A stretch of DNA of 62,816 nucleotides, filler included, from Anaerolineae bacterium (GTDB lineage Bacteria; Chloroflexota; Anaerolineae; Epilineales; Epilineaceae): the NCBI GenBank assembly GCA_029262755.1. It is 4 parts of 4 records of this genome, joined end to end, with 100 filler letters (N's around TTAATTAATTAA, not from the genome) between each part and the next. Parts side by side here need not be neighbours in the genome. Positions count along the whole stretch, not along the records: positions 30,132 to 51,659 come from JAJCYU010000338.1; positions 51,760 to 55,108 come from JAJCYU010000340.1; positions 55,209 to 62,816 come from JAJCYU010000341.1; 1 more part is not named here. One strand, 5' to 3'. Below are positions 50,847-59,415 of the stretch, piece by piece; within the stretch, counting starts at the first letter, position 1, and each line of letters opens with the position of its first letter. A program made the position numbers and the translations under genes. The notes under the pieces are model-generated. The model was not told the origin of the DNA, ran no database searches, and worked only from the letters and a program-made list of their open reading frames with translations.

Positions 50847-51659
50847 GTCGCGCCGTTGAGGATGACCAGGTCGGCATCCGCCTTGCGATGGCGGTTCGCG
50901 CTTCTCTGCGGCGACGGACGTGCGGTCGGTCCGCTGCCGAGCGGGCCGGACCATCGCTCGTTCGCGTCGTGGTCGCGCGGCACTGCGTCGGACTCCGCCG
51001 CGCCGCCAACGCCGACACCCTCGATCATCCCCCGGTTCGCGGGGACCGTGCAGGGGCAGATGGCGTAGGGACAGGCATAGACCGTGTCCAGGAGCTGGAC
51101 GTCACCATCGAAGATGTTCCCGAGGTAGCCTTGCTGATGCCTCTTGGCCGTCCGGCACGACCAGACACTGCCGTCCTTGTCGACCGTGAAGTAGGAAACG
51201 CCGGACAGGCAGCGGTGTCCTTGATACGAGGGGGCGAGGTTGGCCTCGCGCGGACCCGGCTCGTCCCCGATGAGCGCACGCAGCGCGGCGTCGTCCGGGT
51301 AGTCGGCCACGCCGCCCGCGATCTTGAACAGCTGCGGGAACCAGCGCAGTCCGGCGGCTTCGACCTGGTCTCGGCACCGCGCGGCTTCGGCTTCTTGGCC
51401 GGGCAGCACGACCTGGTTGACCACGAACGACACGTCGGGATCCAATTGGTCGACCAGCCAACTCGCCTTGGCAACGAAGTCCTCGACGCGGGTGAACTCG
51501 AGGTGCAACGATGCGCTGAACACGCGCAGTCGGCCGCGGGTGCAGCGTGTGAAGCGCATGAGGTCACGATGCGACGCTGATAGGTTGGTCAGGACGCTGA
51601 TGTCGTGCCCGGTCTCCGCCATCAGACCCGGCACGATGCGATCGACGAAGAGCCGATGC
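50843..51659 (-). CDS. Paralogous radical SAM protein, N-terminus lost in the gap
   Basis: ISVLTNLS, ASLHLEF, CLSG...WSC...CPYAICPCTVP aligns with the downstream gene. ATGA overlap. Confidence 0.85.
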
Positions 51660-51759
51660 NNNNNNNNNNNNNNNNNNNNNNNNNNNNNNNNNNNNNNNNN
51701 NNNTTAATTAATTAANNNNNNNNNNNNNNNNNNNNNNNNNNNNNNNNNNNNNNNNNNNN
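51660..51759. other. Artificial contig linker
   Basis: Ns around TTAATTAATTAA. Confidence 0.99.
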
Positions 51760-52739
51760 CGGAGCACGCTTCGGGCAAGTGCGTACCCGACGACGGCTGC
51801 GATCAGCAGTCCGAGCATGATGACCGCGAGGATGTTGATGATCGTGCTTTCCAAGGTCTGGCGCGCTTGCTCTTTTGCCTCCTCGAGGTGTTGGCGAGTC
51901 CGGGTCAGGATCTCGTCTTCGAGAACTGCGTCCAGTTTCTTTCGGAGGACGCTGAAACCCGCCAGCATCTGTCCCTTCTTCTTGTCCAGATCGACTACGC
52001 GTTCAACGTTGACCTGACTCTCCGCGAAGCGATCGCGCAATTGGTCCGCCCGGCGCATTTCCCCAGGGGACTTCGCCAAGGCATCGTAGGCCTCGAGGTG
52101 GCGCTTGAAGTTCTCTTCGTCGTTCTGAATCTGTTCTTCGTCGTCTCTCCGATGGGTCCTGATGAAGTTGCTGGCGCTTCTGACGATCCTGTTGGTGTCG
52201 ACCTCCATCTCCAGGACAACTTGCAGCTTCTCCGGAGTCTGCAAATCGCCGTTGAGGAGTGTCGCCAGGATCTGCTCGTTCAGAGTTGTGTCCATCGAGA
52301 GGAGGCTGCCGACGAGAGCGTCCATTTCCTGGGATTGCTCGTCTTCGACCCGACGCAGCTTCTCAGCCTGCTCGAACAATTGCGCATAGAGTTTCTCGAT
52401 CTCATTCCCGAGGCTCTTGTCTTGCGCCGTCTGCACCAGCTCGTCGTACTTCGCCCAATGATTCAGGAAGTCCTGTTCGTTTCTGATCACACGATCCCAA
52501 TGAGCGAGATCGTGATCGTGTAGATAGCCCATCAGGTCGAAACCGGTCCCGACCGCATTGATTTTCATCTCGTAGGCGGCTGAACTGATCGGCTCCTCCA
52601 CGTCCGTAATTTGCCGTACGCGATCGGCTACGGAGTGAATCTGATTGTAGGAGATCGCTGCGAGTACCAGCAGTACCCAGATGAACACGCCCCCACCCAA
52701 GGCTAGCTTACCCCCGATGGTCATTCGGATTCGCTGCAT
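51760..52739 (-). CDS. N-terminal part of a membrane sensor (histidine kinase or chemoreceptor) with a duplicated helical extracellular domain, truncated
   Basis: RBS GGAGG. MTIGGKL+TM, two related helical units (AYEM...NEQDF / VLEM...DEENF), second TM segment, then the gap. Confidence 0.78.
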
Positions 52740-52767
52740 TGCTCAGCCTCCGCGCACGGCCTCTATA

Positions 52768-54434
52768 CCCGGAGTATTCATGAATCCGCGCACAGCGTGC
52801 AAGAAGCGCGTTCTCTGCTCTGATTGGCCAGAGTCGAAGTGGGACTGGCAGCAGCGACTGGCCGAAGTGGAGAAAGTTTTCGGTGTTGCGCCCCGGTCTG
52901 GTGTAATCGCCGACGTTTCTGGTGTCGCCGGACGCACGACTCCCGTAGTTGGTTGAGCTTGTCGACGACGACGGAAGTGTTCGAGGTTTCGGCTGAGCGG
53001 AGTCAGCCGGGCGGGCCGATCGCTCGTATGCTTGCGAGGGCTTGCTCGAACACTGGGCGCCCCGGCCATCCGGTAGCCAGGTGAAACCAGAGCCGTCGAG
53101 CTGTGAGTTTCACACGGGCACCGGCCTTGAGCAGCCGTAGCCGAATGGTACCAGTGGTGGCACGAGCCAGCTGGGTTCCTGCGAGTACATGACGGCGGAA
53201 GAGCACCAGCAGATTGTACGCCGTCGCATACAGCTGTAGGCGGAAGGCGTTGGCTTTGTACTTCGAGCACGACAAGCGGTCGGCCGAGAGATCGTTCTTC
53301 AGTTCCTTGATGAAGTTCTCGGCCTGGCCACGCTGCTCGTACCAGTCGAAGATCTCCTTGGCTCGGCCCTTTCGACTGGTGACCAGGAAACGCAGGTTCA
53401 TTCCGTCGCGAGTGCGCTCAATCCTGGCTACGACCCGCCGCGAACGTGACCACCGGCGTGCTTGGTAAGAGAAGCTGGTGTAGTGGCGAAGCGTCTTGCC
53501 TGGCTCGCATTCCCACTGCAGATCGATTTTCTCACACAGGGGCATCACGATATCGTGCAGCTTCTCATTTCGACCGAAGCCGATGGCATACCCCAGCCCA
53601 GCGTACTCCGCGTAGTCCAGTAGCTCCGGTACGCTAAACGCGCCGTCGGCACGCAGAGCGATCTCTCGGTCGGGGAACTGGGCCCGAAGTCGCCGCGTCA
53701 GCGGTCGCAGCATCGGCACCGCCTGGCCAAACGCCGCCGAGTTACCCGGCCGTAGTCGTGAGCTGAGCAGCACCCCACTGTCGCCTTCGAAGATCAGCAG
53801 CGGATGGTACATGTGGGAGTTGTAGTGGCTATTGAAGAACGACAGCTGCTGCTGCCCGTGCGTTGGATCCTCGGTGGAGTCCATGTCGAGGATGATCTCC
53901 CCCTCGGTCGATCCGTGACGACAGAACCACTCGGTCCCCTCGCTCTCGAGCAGACGAATCGAATCCCAGTCCGCCGAATTCTCAAGCCGCGACAGCGTCG
54001 GCTGCGAGGCCAGTACCCCCCCCGGCTCACCGGCTACTGCCTGCATCGTCGGCTCCTCGCGCAAGTACGTCGCATCGTTGCAGTCCTCGTACCCCGCCAC
54101 GATCTGGTAGATCCTCTGGCGCAGCAGCGACTGCAACGAGTGATCGACATACCGCCCGTCGCGGTCGTCGGCGACCAGCCCTACCAATCCCGCCGTAAGA
54201 CCGAAGCGCTCGTCGAACTCCCGGACCAACGTCAACCCCGCCTCGCTCGTGATCGATCCGCCGTCGAAATCAATCGTCAGTTTCCGTTGGAAACTGAACC
54301 CCGTTTCGCTACTACACTCTGTAGCCACCGCCGCACCCCCGATCCGCTTCGACAATTGTTTCGCAACTTCTGTCTTTAGCAGGTCTCAGGATGTGTCGGT
54401 GGCTTTCTTCTTCTGGGTTTATGAATAATCCGGG
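52768..54434 (-). mobile_element. Complete IS1380-family insertion sequence (1667 bp)
   Basis: Terminal IRs CCCGGAGTATTCATGAATCC / CCCGGATTATTCATAAACCC (17 of 20 match). TATA direct repeats at 52764-52767 and 54435-54438. Confidence 0.92.
53003..54328 (-). CDS. IS1380-family DDE transposase
   Basis: FDGGSITSEAG, AGYEDCND, LASQPTLSRLEN, LDMDST, LRADGAF, YEQRGQAENFIKELK. GTG start inferred. Confidence 0.95.
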   Translation of the reverse strand: MATECSSETGFSFQRKLTIDFDGGSITSEAGLTLVREFDERFGLTAGLVGLVADDRDGRYVDHSLQSLLRQRIYQIVAGYEDCNDATYLREEPTMQAVAGEPGGVLASQPTLSRLENSADWDSIRLLESEGTEWFCRHGSTEGEIILDMDSTEDPTHGQQQLSFFNSHYNSHMYHPLLIFEGDSGVLLSSRLRPGNSAAFGQAVPMLRPLTRRLRAQFPDREIALRADGAFSVPELLDYAEYAGLGYAIGFGRNEKLHDIVMPLCEKIDLQWECEPGKTLRHYTSFSYQARRWSRSRRVVARIERTRDGMNLRFLVTSRKGRAKEIFDWYEQRGQAENFIKELKNDLSADRLSCSKYKANAFRLQLYATAYNLLVLFRRHVLAGTQLARATTGTIRLRLLKAGARVKLTARRLWFHLATGWPGRPVFEQALASIRAIGPPG

Positions 54435-54839
54435 TATACGGTCCGGTACAGCGGTCGCGGCGCCTGCTTCCAATCGTCCGGCCCGGCCATGGACGGCCGG
54501 GAGATTCAGGGGGCTGTTCTCCATGAGATGTCTCTTCATTTGTTGCTCATCCAGGTGGTGTCTGACCGAACCCCGGCCAAATTCAGGGAATCGCACGACG
54601 CGTGCCAGAAGAACCTAGATAGGGCATGAGCACTGGTTGCCGCGGGCCGCAAATCGTTGGACGGCGCTTTCGATGCCGCTTACAGGGGAAACGTCAACGG
54701 CGTAACTGCGCGGGTTGGGTGTGCTTGGGCATTTCAGCCTGATGGGTCACCAAACGAAGACGCCCGGGCGGGGCCGGGCCTTCAGCGCGCGGCGTGAATG
54801 CCTGTGTCTTCAGCGCCTACTACGCTGGAGGGAGGAAGA

Positions 54840-55108
54840 GGAACCGGGACACCCAAGGAACCGCGGAGGAACCGAGACACCCACGCAAGGAACCGTGGAG
54901 GAACCGAGACACCCACGCATGCCACCCGGTCGCATCAGCCGGCGAGGGAACCGGGAAGGGAACCGGGACACCCACGCATGCCACCCGGTCGCATCAGCCG
55001 GTACGCTAGGGGGAACCGGGACACCCACGCATGCCACCCGGACGCATCAGCCGGTACGCTAGGGGGAACCGGGACACCCACGCATGCCACCCGGTCGCAT
55101 CAGCCGGT
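54840..55108. repeat. Tandem array built on GGAACCG[GA]GACACCCA with 53-bp units
   Basis: GGAACCG at 54840, 54857, 54868, 54889, 54900, 54947, 54959, 55012, 55065. Near-identical units start at 54959, 55012 and 55065, and the array is cut by the gap. Confidence 0.9.
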
Positions 55109-55208
55109 NNNNNNNNNNNNNNNNNNNNNNNNNNNNNNNNNNNNNNNNNNNNTTAATTAATTAANNNNNNNNNNNNNNNNNNNNNNNNNNNNNNNNNNNN
55201 NNNNNNNN
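55109..55208. other. Artificial contig linker
   Basis: Ns around TTAATTAATTAA. Confidence 0.99.
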
Positions 55209-55994
55209 TTTACCAAGCCCGACACGCTGCGCCGCTTGGTTCGCTTCGACATACGCGGGTTGCTGCAGACCTTGCCCTGGCCCTTCTTGCTCGCGTTGGC
55301 GTCGGGGATTGCGTTGGCCGTGGTCAGCATGGCGCGCTTCCTGGAATGGGCCCTCGAAGCACATCCGATTCGCGTCTGGTCGTTTTTCTTCGGGCTGGTG
55401 CTTGCCTCGGTCTGGGTGATCGGTCGCCAGGTCCGCTGGCAAGGTCCGCGTATCGCGGGCGCGGTGTTGGCCGCGGCCGTGGCGTGGTGGATCGTCGGGC
55501 TCGTGCCGACGCAGACGCCGGACACGCCGCTGCTGCTCGTGCTCTCCGGGGCTATCGCCGTATGCGCGATGATCCTGCCCGGCATCTCAGGCTCGTTCAT
55601 CCTCGTGCTGCTCGGCAAGTACGAAACGGTGCTCGCGGCCGTCAACGACCGCGACCTGCTCACGGTGGGGCTGGTCGGGATTGGTGCGGTGGTCGGCATC
55701 CTGACCTTCGCGCGCGTGGTGAGCTGGCTGTTTCGGACGCATCACGGCGCCACCGTTGCCGCGCTCACCGGCTTGATCCTCGGGTCGCTACGCAAGATCT
55801 GGCCGTGGAAGGAAACGCTCGCTTGGACCACGGACCGGCACGGCGTCGAGGTGCCGTTGCTGCAGGAGAACGTTCTGCCTGCTGCGTTCTCGCCCGAGGT
55901 GGCGATTGCGTTGGCGCTTGCCGCCGTGGGATTCGCGGTCGTGCTCGTGATGGAGCGGCGCGCGGGCAGCGGGGACCTGGCGCTCGGCAGCTAA
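55209..55994 (+). CDS. DUF368 membrane protein (undecaprenyl-phosphate translocase family), 5'-truncated
   Basis: FFFGLVLAS, AMILPGISGSFILVLLGKY, GLILGSLRKIWPW. Confidence 0.9.
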   Translation, partial: FTKPDTLRRLVRFDIRGLLQTLPWPFLLALASGIALAVVSMARFLEWALEAHPIRVWSFFFGLVLASVWVIGRQVRWQGPRIAGAVLAAAVAWWIVGLVPTQTPDTPLLLVLSGAIAVCAMILPGISGSFILVLLGKYETVLAAVNDRDLLTVGLVGIGAVVGILTFARVVSWLFRTHHGATVAALTGLILGSLRKIWPWKETLAWTTDRHGVEVPLLQENVLPAAFSPEVAIALALAAVGFAVVLVMERRAGSGDLALGS

Positions 55995-56196
55995 GGGCGC
56001 CCCATTCACCGGACACGGCCGCGCGGCGTATCGCAGGCAGGCGTGTTTCGTCGTCCAGGGTACTGCAGCGAGAAATCGGATCGGACCTCGAATGCGGATC
56101 GGCGTTATACCGGCTGAGGATCCTCACCCTTCGTTTTGACTTCGACTGATCCGACGGCGGCCGGCACGGCCGTTCGTCCCGTTCCTGGAGAAGCCC

Positions 56197-58305
56197 ATGA
56201 GCCGCATATTCCTCCCCATCTTGGCCGTATTGCTCGGCCTTGCCGCTACGGCCGCGCTGCCGGCGGCGGCGTCCCCGGCGTTGCAGGACACCTGCGACGC
56301 AGCCATCCACGGTATGGTCACCGGTGCCGATGGCACCGCCGTCGAAGGCGCGACCGTGTTCGCCGCGCGCGCCGCCACCGCGATCAATCCGGGCGGCGAT
56401 CCCAACGCGCCCCGCCTCGAAACATCGACCGACGAAGACGGTGCGTACCACTTCGACGATCTGTGCGATGGGCGTTACATGCTCGTGGCCATGTACACCA
56501 ATGCCGCGGGCGAGCGCTTCGTGGGGGTTCACGACGCCGATCAAGACGGCGAGCCCGATTTGGTCGCGCTGAACGCGGACACGCGCATCGCGGAGAACAT
56601 CGACATCGTGCTCGAGGCGGCACCCGAGGAGCCGAACCAGCCGGATCCCGGCCCGCGGCCGCCCGGCACGACGCCGCGCCAATGCGAGATCGACGATGGC
56701 AGCATTGCGGGCGTCGTCACGGACCTTGACGGTGATGCGGTCGCGGGCGCGCGCGTGACGGCCATGCATGCGAATCGCAGCCCGAGTGGGAGCGCCATTG
56801 GGGTGGCCGAGCATAGCGTCTCCACCGATGCGGATGGCGCCTACGTTTTCGAAGGAATGTGCGAAGGACGCTATCTGGTGATGGCGCAGCATCGCACGCC
56901 GGCCGGCGCGTTGATGGGCTGGTATGACGCCGACGGCGACGGCACGCGCGACCTTGTCCCGCTCAGCGCGGACGACAGGGTGGCCGTGGACATCGACATC
57001 GTGCTCGACCAGAAGTGGCAGGAGCCGAACCCGCCGGATCAGCCTTCGCCCGGGCCCGCCCCCGCCCCGCGCCAATGCGCGATCGACGACGGCAGCATCG
57101 CCGGCGTGGTCACGAACGTGGACGGCGACGCGGTGGAGGGCGCGCGGGTCGTGGCTGTCATGACGACCATGTCCGCGGCCGGGAACGTGGTCGGATCGTT
57201 TGCGCGCGGTGTGTCCACCGACGCGGACGGCGCCTACGTGATCGAGGGCCTGTGCGAGGGCCGCTATGAGGTCGTGGCGCAGCATCGCACGACCAACGAA
57301 GCCGTGATGGGCTGGTATGACGCCGACGGCGACGGCACCCGTGACCTTGTCCCGCTCAGCGAGGACGACAGGGTGGCCGTGGACATCAACATCGTGCTCG
57401 ACCAGAAGTGGCAGGAACCGAACCCGCCGGATCAGCCCTCGCCCGGGCCCGCCCCCGCCCCGCGTCAGTGCGCGATCGACGACGGCAGCATTGCCGGCGT
57501 GGTCACGAACGTGGACGGCGACGCCGTCGAGGGCGCGTACGTGTTCGCGTTTGAAGCGACGGCCTCCGGACGGCCGCCCGCCACCGTGAGCTACCGGCCC
57601 GTGCGGACGGACGTGGACGGTCGCTACCTCATCGAGGGTTTGTGCGAGGGTCGCTACTTCGTGGAGGCCCAGCTGCGTTCAAGCACCGGCGCGCTGCGTG
57701 GCATGCATGACGCGGACGCCGTCGGCGGGCCGGATATGGTGCCGCTCAGCGAGCAGACGCGCGACGCCGCGGATATCGACATCGTGCTCGACCAGAAGGT
57801 GTCGTCGCCGAACGTGCCTGGCCCGCGGCCCGCGCCGATTCCGCCGGGTCGGCCGGAACCGCCCGTGGCACCGCAGTGTCGCATGGACGACGGCGCGGTC
57901 TCCGGACGGATCCTGGACGCCGACGACCAGCCGGTTGCGGGCGCGCGCGTGCTCGTCGTGCCCGCCGGCCCGGTCGCGGTCATCGGCGGGACGGGCGGCA
58001 TGCCGGTGCCGGCGCTGCCGGTCGAGAGCGATGCCGACGGCGCGTACAGCGTGACGGGCCTGTGCGAAGGCCGCTATCAGATCGTGGCCTTTGCGCAGAC
58101 CGACACGGGTATGCAGATCGGCTTCTACGATGCCGATCGCGACGGCGCACCCGACACGGTGCCGCTGAGCGTCAACGCGCCGACGGCCGTGGACGTCGAC
58201 GTGCACCTCATCGCGATGCCGGCGCCGGGGCTGCCGGACAACGGCCGTACGTTGCCGTTGCCGCGCCCTGCGCCGCTGCCCTTGCCGCCGATCTCGAGCC
58301 GATGA
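56197..58305 (+). CDS. Secreted protein with five carboxypeptidase-regulatory-like (CnaB/transthyretin-fold) repeats
   Basis: RBS GGAG, signal peptide, five units of C...[IV]xG.[VI]...GA.V...[TS]DxDGxY...[LM]C[DE]GRY...DADxDG separated by Pro-rich linkers. Confidence 0.87.
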   Translation: MSRIFLPILAVLLGLAATAALPAAASPALQDTCDAAIHGMVTGADGTAVEGATVFAARAATAINPGGDPNAPRLETSTDEDGAYHFDDLCDGRYMLVAMYTNAAGERFVGVHDADQDGEPDLVALNADTRIAENIDIVLEAAPEEPNQPDPGPRPPGTTPRQCEIDDGSIAGVVTDLDGDAVAGARVTAMHANRSPSGSAIGVAEHSVSTDADGAYVFEGMCEGRYLVMAQHRTPAGALMGWYDADGDGTRDLVPLSADDRVAVDIDIVLDQKWQEPNPPDQPSPGPAPAPRQCAIDDGSIAGVVTNVDGDAVEGARVVAVMTTMSAAGNVVGSFARGVSTDADGAYVIEGLCEGRYEVVAQHRTTNEAVMGWYDADGDGTRDLVPLSEDDRVAVDINIVLDQKWQEPNPPDQPSPGPAPAPRQCAIDDGSIAGVVTNVDGDAVEGAYVFAFEATASGRPPATVSYRPVRTDVDGRYLIEGLCEGRYFVEAQLRSSTGALRGMHDADAVGGPDMVPLSEQTRDAADIDIVLDQKVSSPNVPGPRPAPIPPGRPEPPVAPQCRMDDGAVSGRILDADDQPVAGARVLVVPAGPVAVIGGTGGMPVPALPVESDADGAYSVTGLCEGRYQIVAFAQTDTGMQIGFYDADRDGAPDTVPLSVNAPTAVDVDVHLIAMPAPGLPDNGRTLPLPRPAPLPLPPISSR
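56912..57537 (+). repeat. Intragenic direct repeat, about 233 bp x2, offset 393 nt
   Basis: 56912-57144 vs 57305-57537, 11 mismatches by manual comparison. Confidence 0.9.
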
Positions 58306-58472
58306 TGCGAATCGGACCCACACGCAACGCATGACCCCCACGCCATGAGGCGCCGCGAGGCGTGAGCCGGCGACGAGCCGGCCCGGGCGCGGTCCCTCCG
58401 CCGCAGGCGGATGGCCGGACGGGAGCGGGAAGTCCCCGCTCCCGTCCCTCACCCTGGCGAGATTCGGAGAAC

Positions 58473-59414
58473 ATGCGCGACGAGCAGCTGGTGGCGCGCG
58501 CCCAAGGCGGCGATCGCGATGCGTTCGGCGAACTCTACCGACGCCACATCGAGCGCGTGCATCGCTATATCCGGTTTCGGGTCGTCGACGAATCCCTGGC
58601 CGAGGATTTATCCCATGACGTGTTCCTGGCCGCTTGGCGCGCCCTTCCGGGCTTTTCGTGGCAGGGCGATCTCCGCCCCTGGCTGCTGCGCGCGGCCCAC
58701 AATCGCGTGGCCAACCATTGGCGCACGCTCGGTCGGCGCCCCACGCCCGAGGCCCTCGACCGCGGTGACGATGGTGGCAGTCTCAGCGCTGGTGGCGGCG
58801 GCGGCGGTGGTAGTCGGAGTGGCGGTGGCGAGTCGCTGGGCGCAGGCGCGACCTTGGCCGCGGATGGAGAAGTGCCGCTGGACGCCGTCGCCCGTGCGCT
58901 CAGCATGCACGACGTGGAGCGCATGCTCGTGCGCCTGAGCGATGCGCAACGCCAGGTGGTCGCCCTGCGATTCGGGCTGGAACTGTCCGTGGCCGAGACC
59001 GCCGATGTGATGGACCGCAGCCTCAGCGCGGTGAAGAACCTGCAATACGAGGCCCTCAACCGCGTGCGCACCCTGCTTCTCGCTGAGAACGCAACACGAG
59101 CGGAGGCGGCAAGCTCGGCGCGAGACGATGCCGGCGCCGTCGATCACGAGCCCGGCGCACGCGCCGGTGGCGCCGATGCGGCCGCGAGCAACGGCTTGTG
59201 CCGGGACGTGGTCGTCGCGGCATCCGCGAACGGCCGGGCCGCGCCGGAGCGCAACGGCAACGGACGCGGCGCCGGGCACACGATCGACAGCGGGCGCGAC
59301 GGTGAACGCGACGGTGGGCGCGACGGTGGGCGCGACGATCGAAGAGTACCAGACACGCGCAAGGCGGCCTGGAGTGCGGCGGGGCGTCCAAGCGACGCCG
59401 GATGGGGGAACTGA
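58473..59414 (+). CDS. ECF sigma-70 factor with Gly-rich linker and C-terminal extension
   Basis: DEQLVARAQGGDRDAFGELYRRH, AEDLSHDVFLAAW, WLLRAAHN (region 2). LSDAQRQVVALRF...ETADVMDRSLSAVK (region 4). Confidence 0.92.
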   Translation: MRDEQLVARAQGGDRDAFGELYRRHIERVHRYIRFRVVDESLAEDLSHDVFLAAWRALPGFSWQGDLRPWLLRAAHNRVANHWRTLGRRPTPEALDRGDDGGSLSAGGGGGGGSRSGGGESLGAGATLAADGEVPLDAVARALSMHDVERMLVRLSDAQRQVVALRFGLELSVAETADVMDRSLSAVKNLQYEALNRVRTLLLAENATRAEAASSARDDAGAVDHEPGARAGGADAAASNGLCRDVVVAASANGRAAPERNGNGRGAGHTIDSGRDGERDGGRDGGRDDRRVPDTRKAAWSAAGRPSDAGWGN

Positions 59415-59415
59415 C

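Noticed and set aside
54440..54835. Possible riboswitch upstream of the IS and sensor gene
   Set aside because: A GAAA-containing stem is present, but the conserved cores of c-di-GMP or other riboswitches I know are not.
54840..55108. Possible CRISPR array
   Set aside because: Units are contiguous near-identical copies without unique spacers, and no cas genes are in the window.
59128..59415. Longer N-terminus for the anti-sigma ORF
   Set aside because: It overlaps the sigma gene by about 290 nt. The ATG at 59416, right after the sigma stop, is more plausible.
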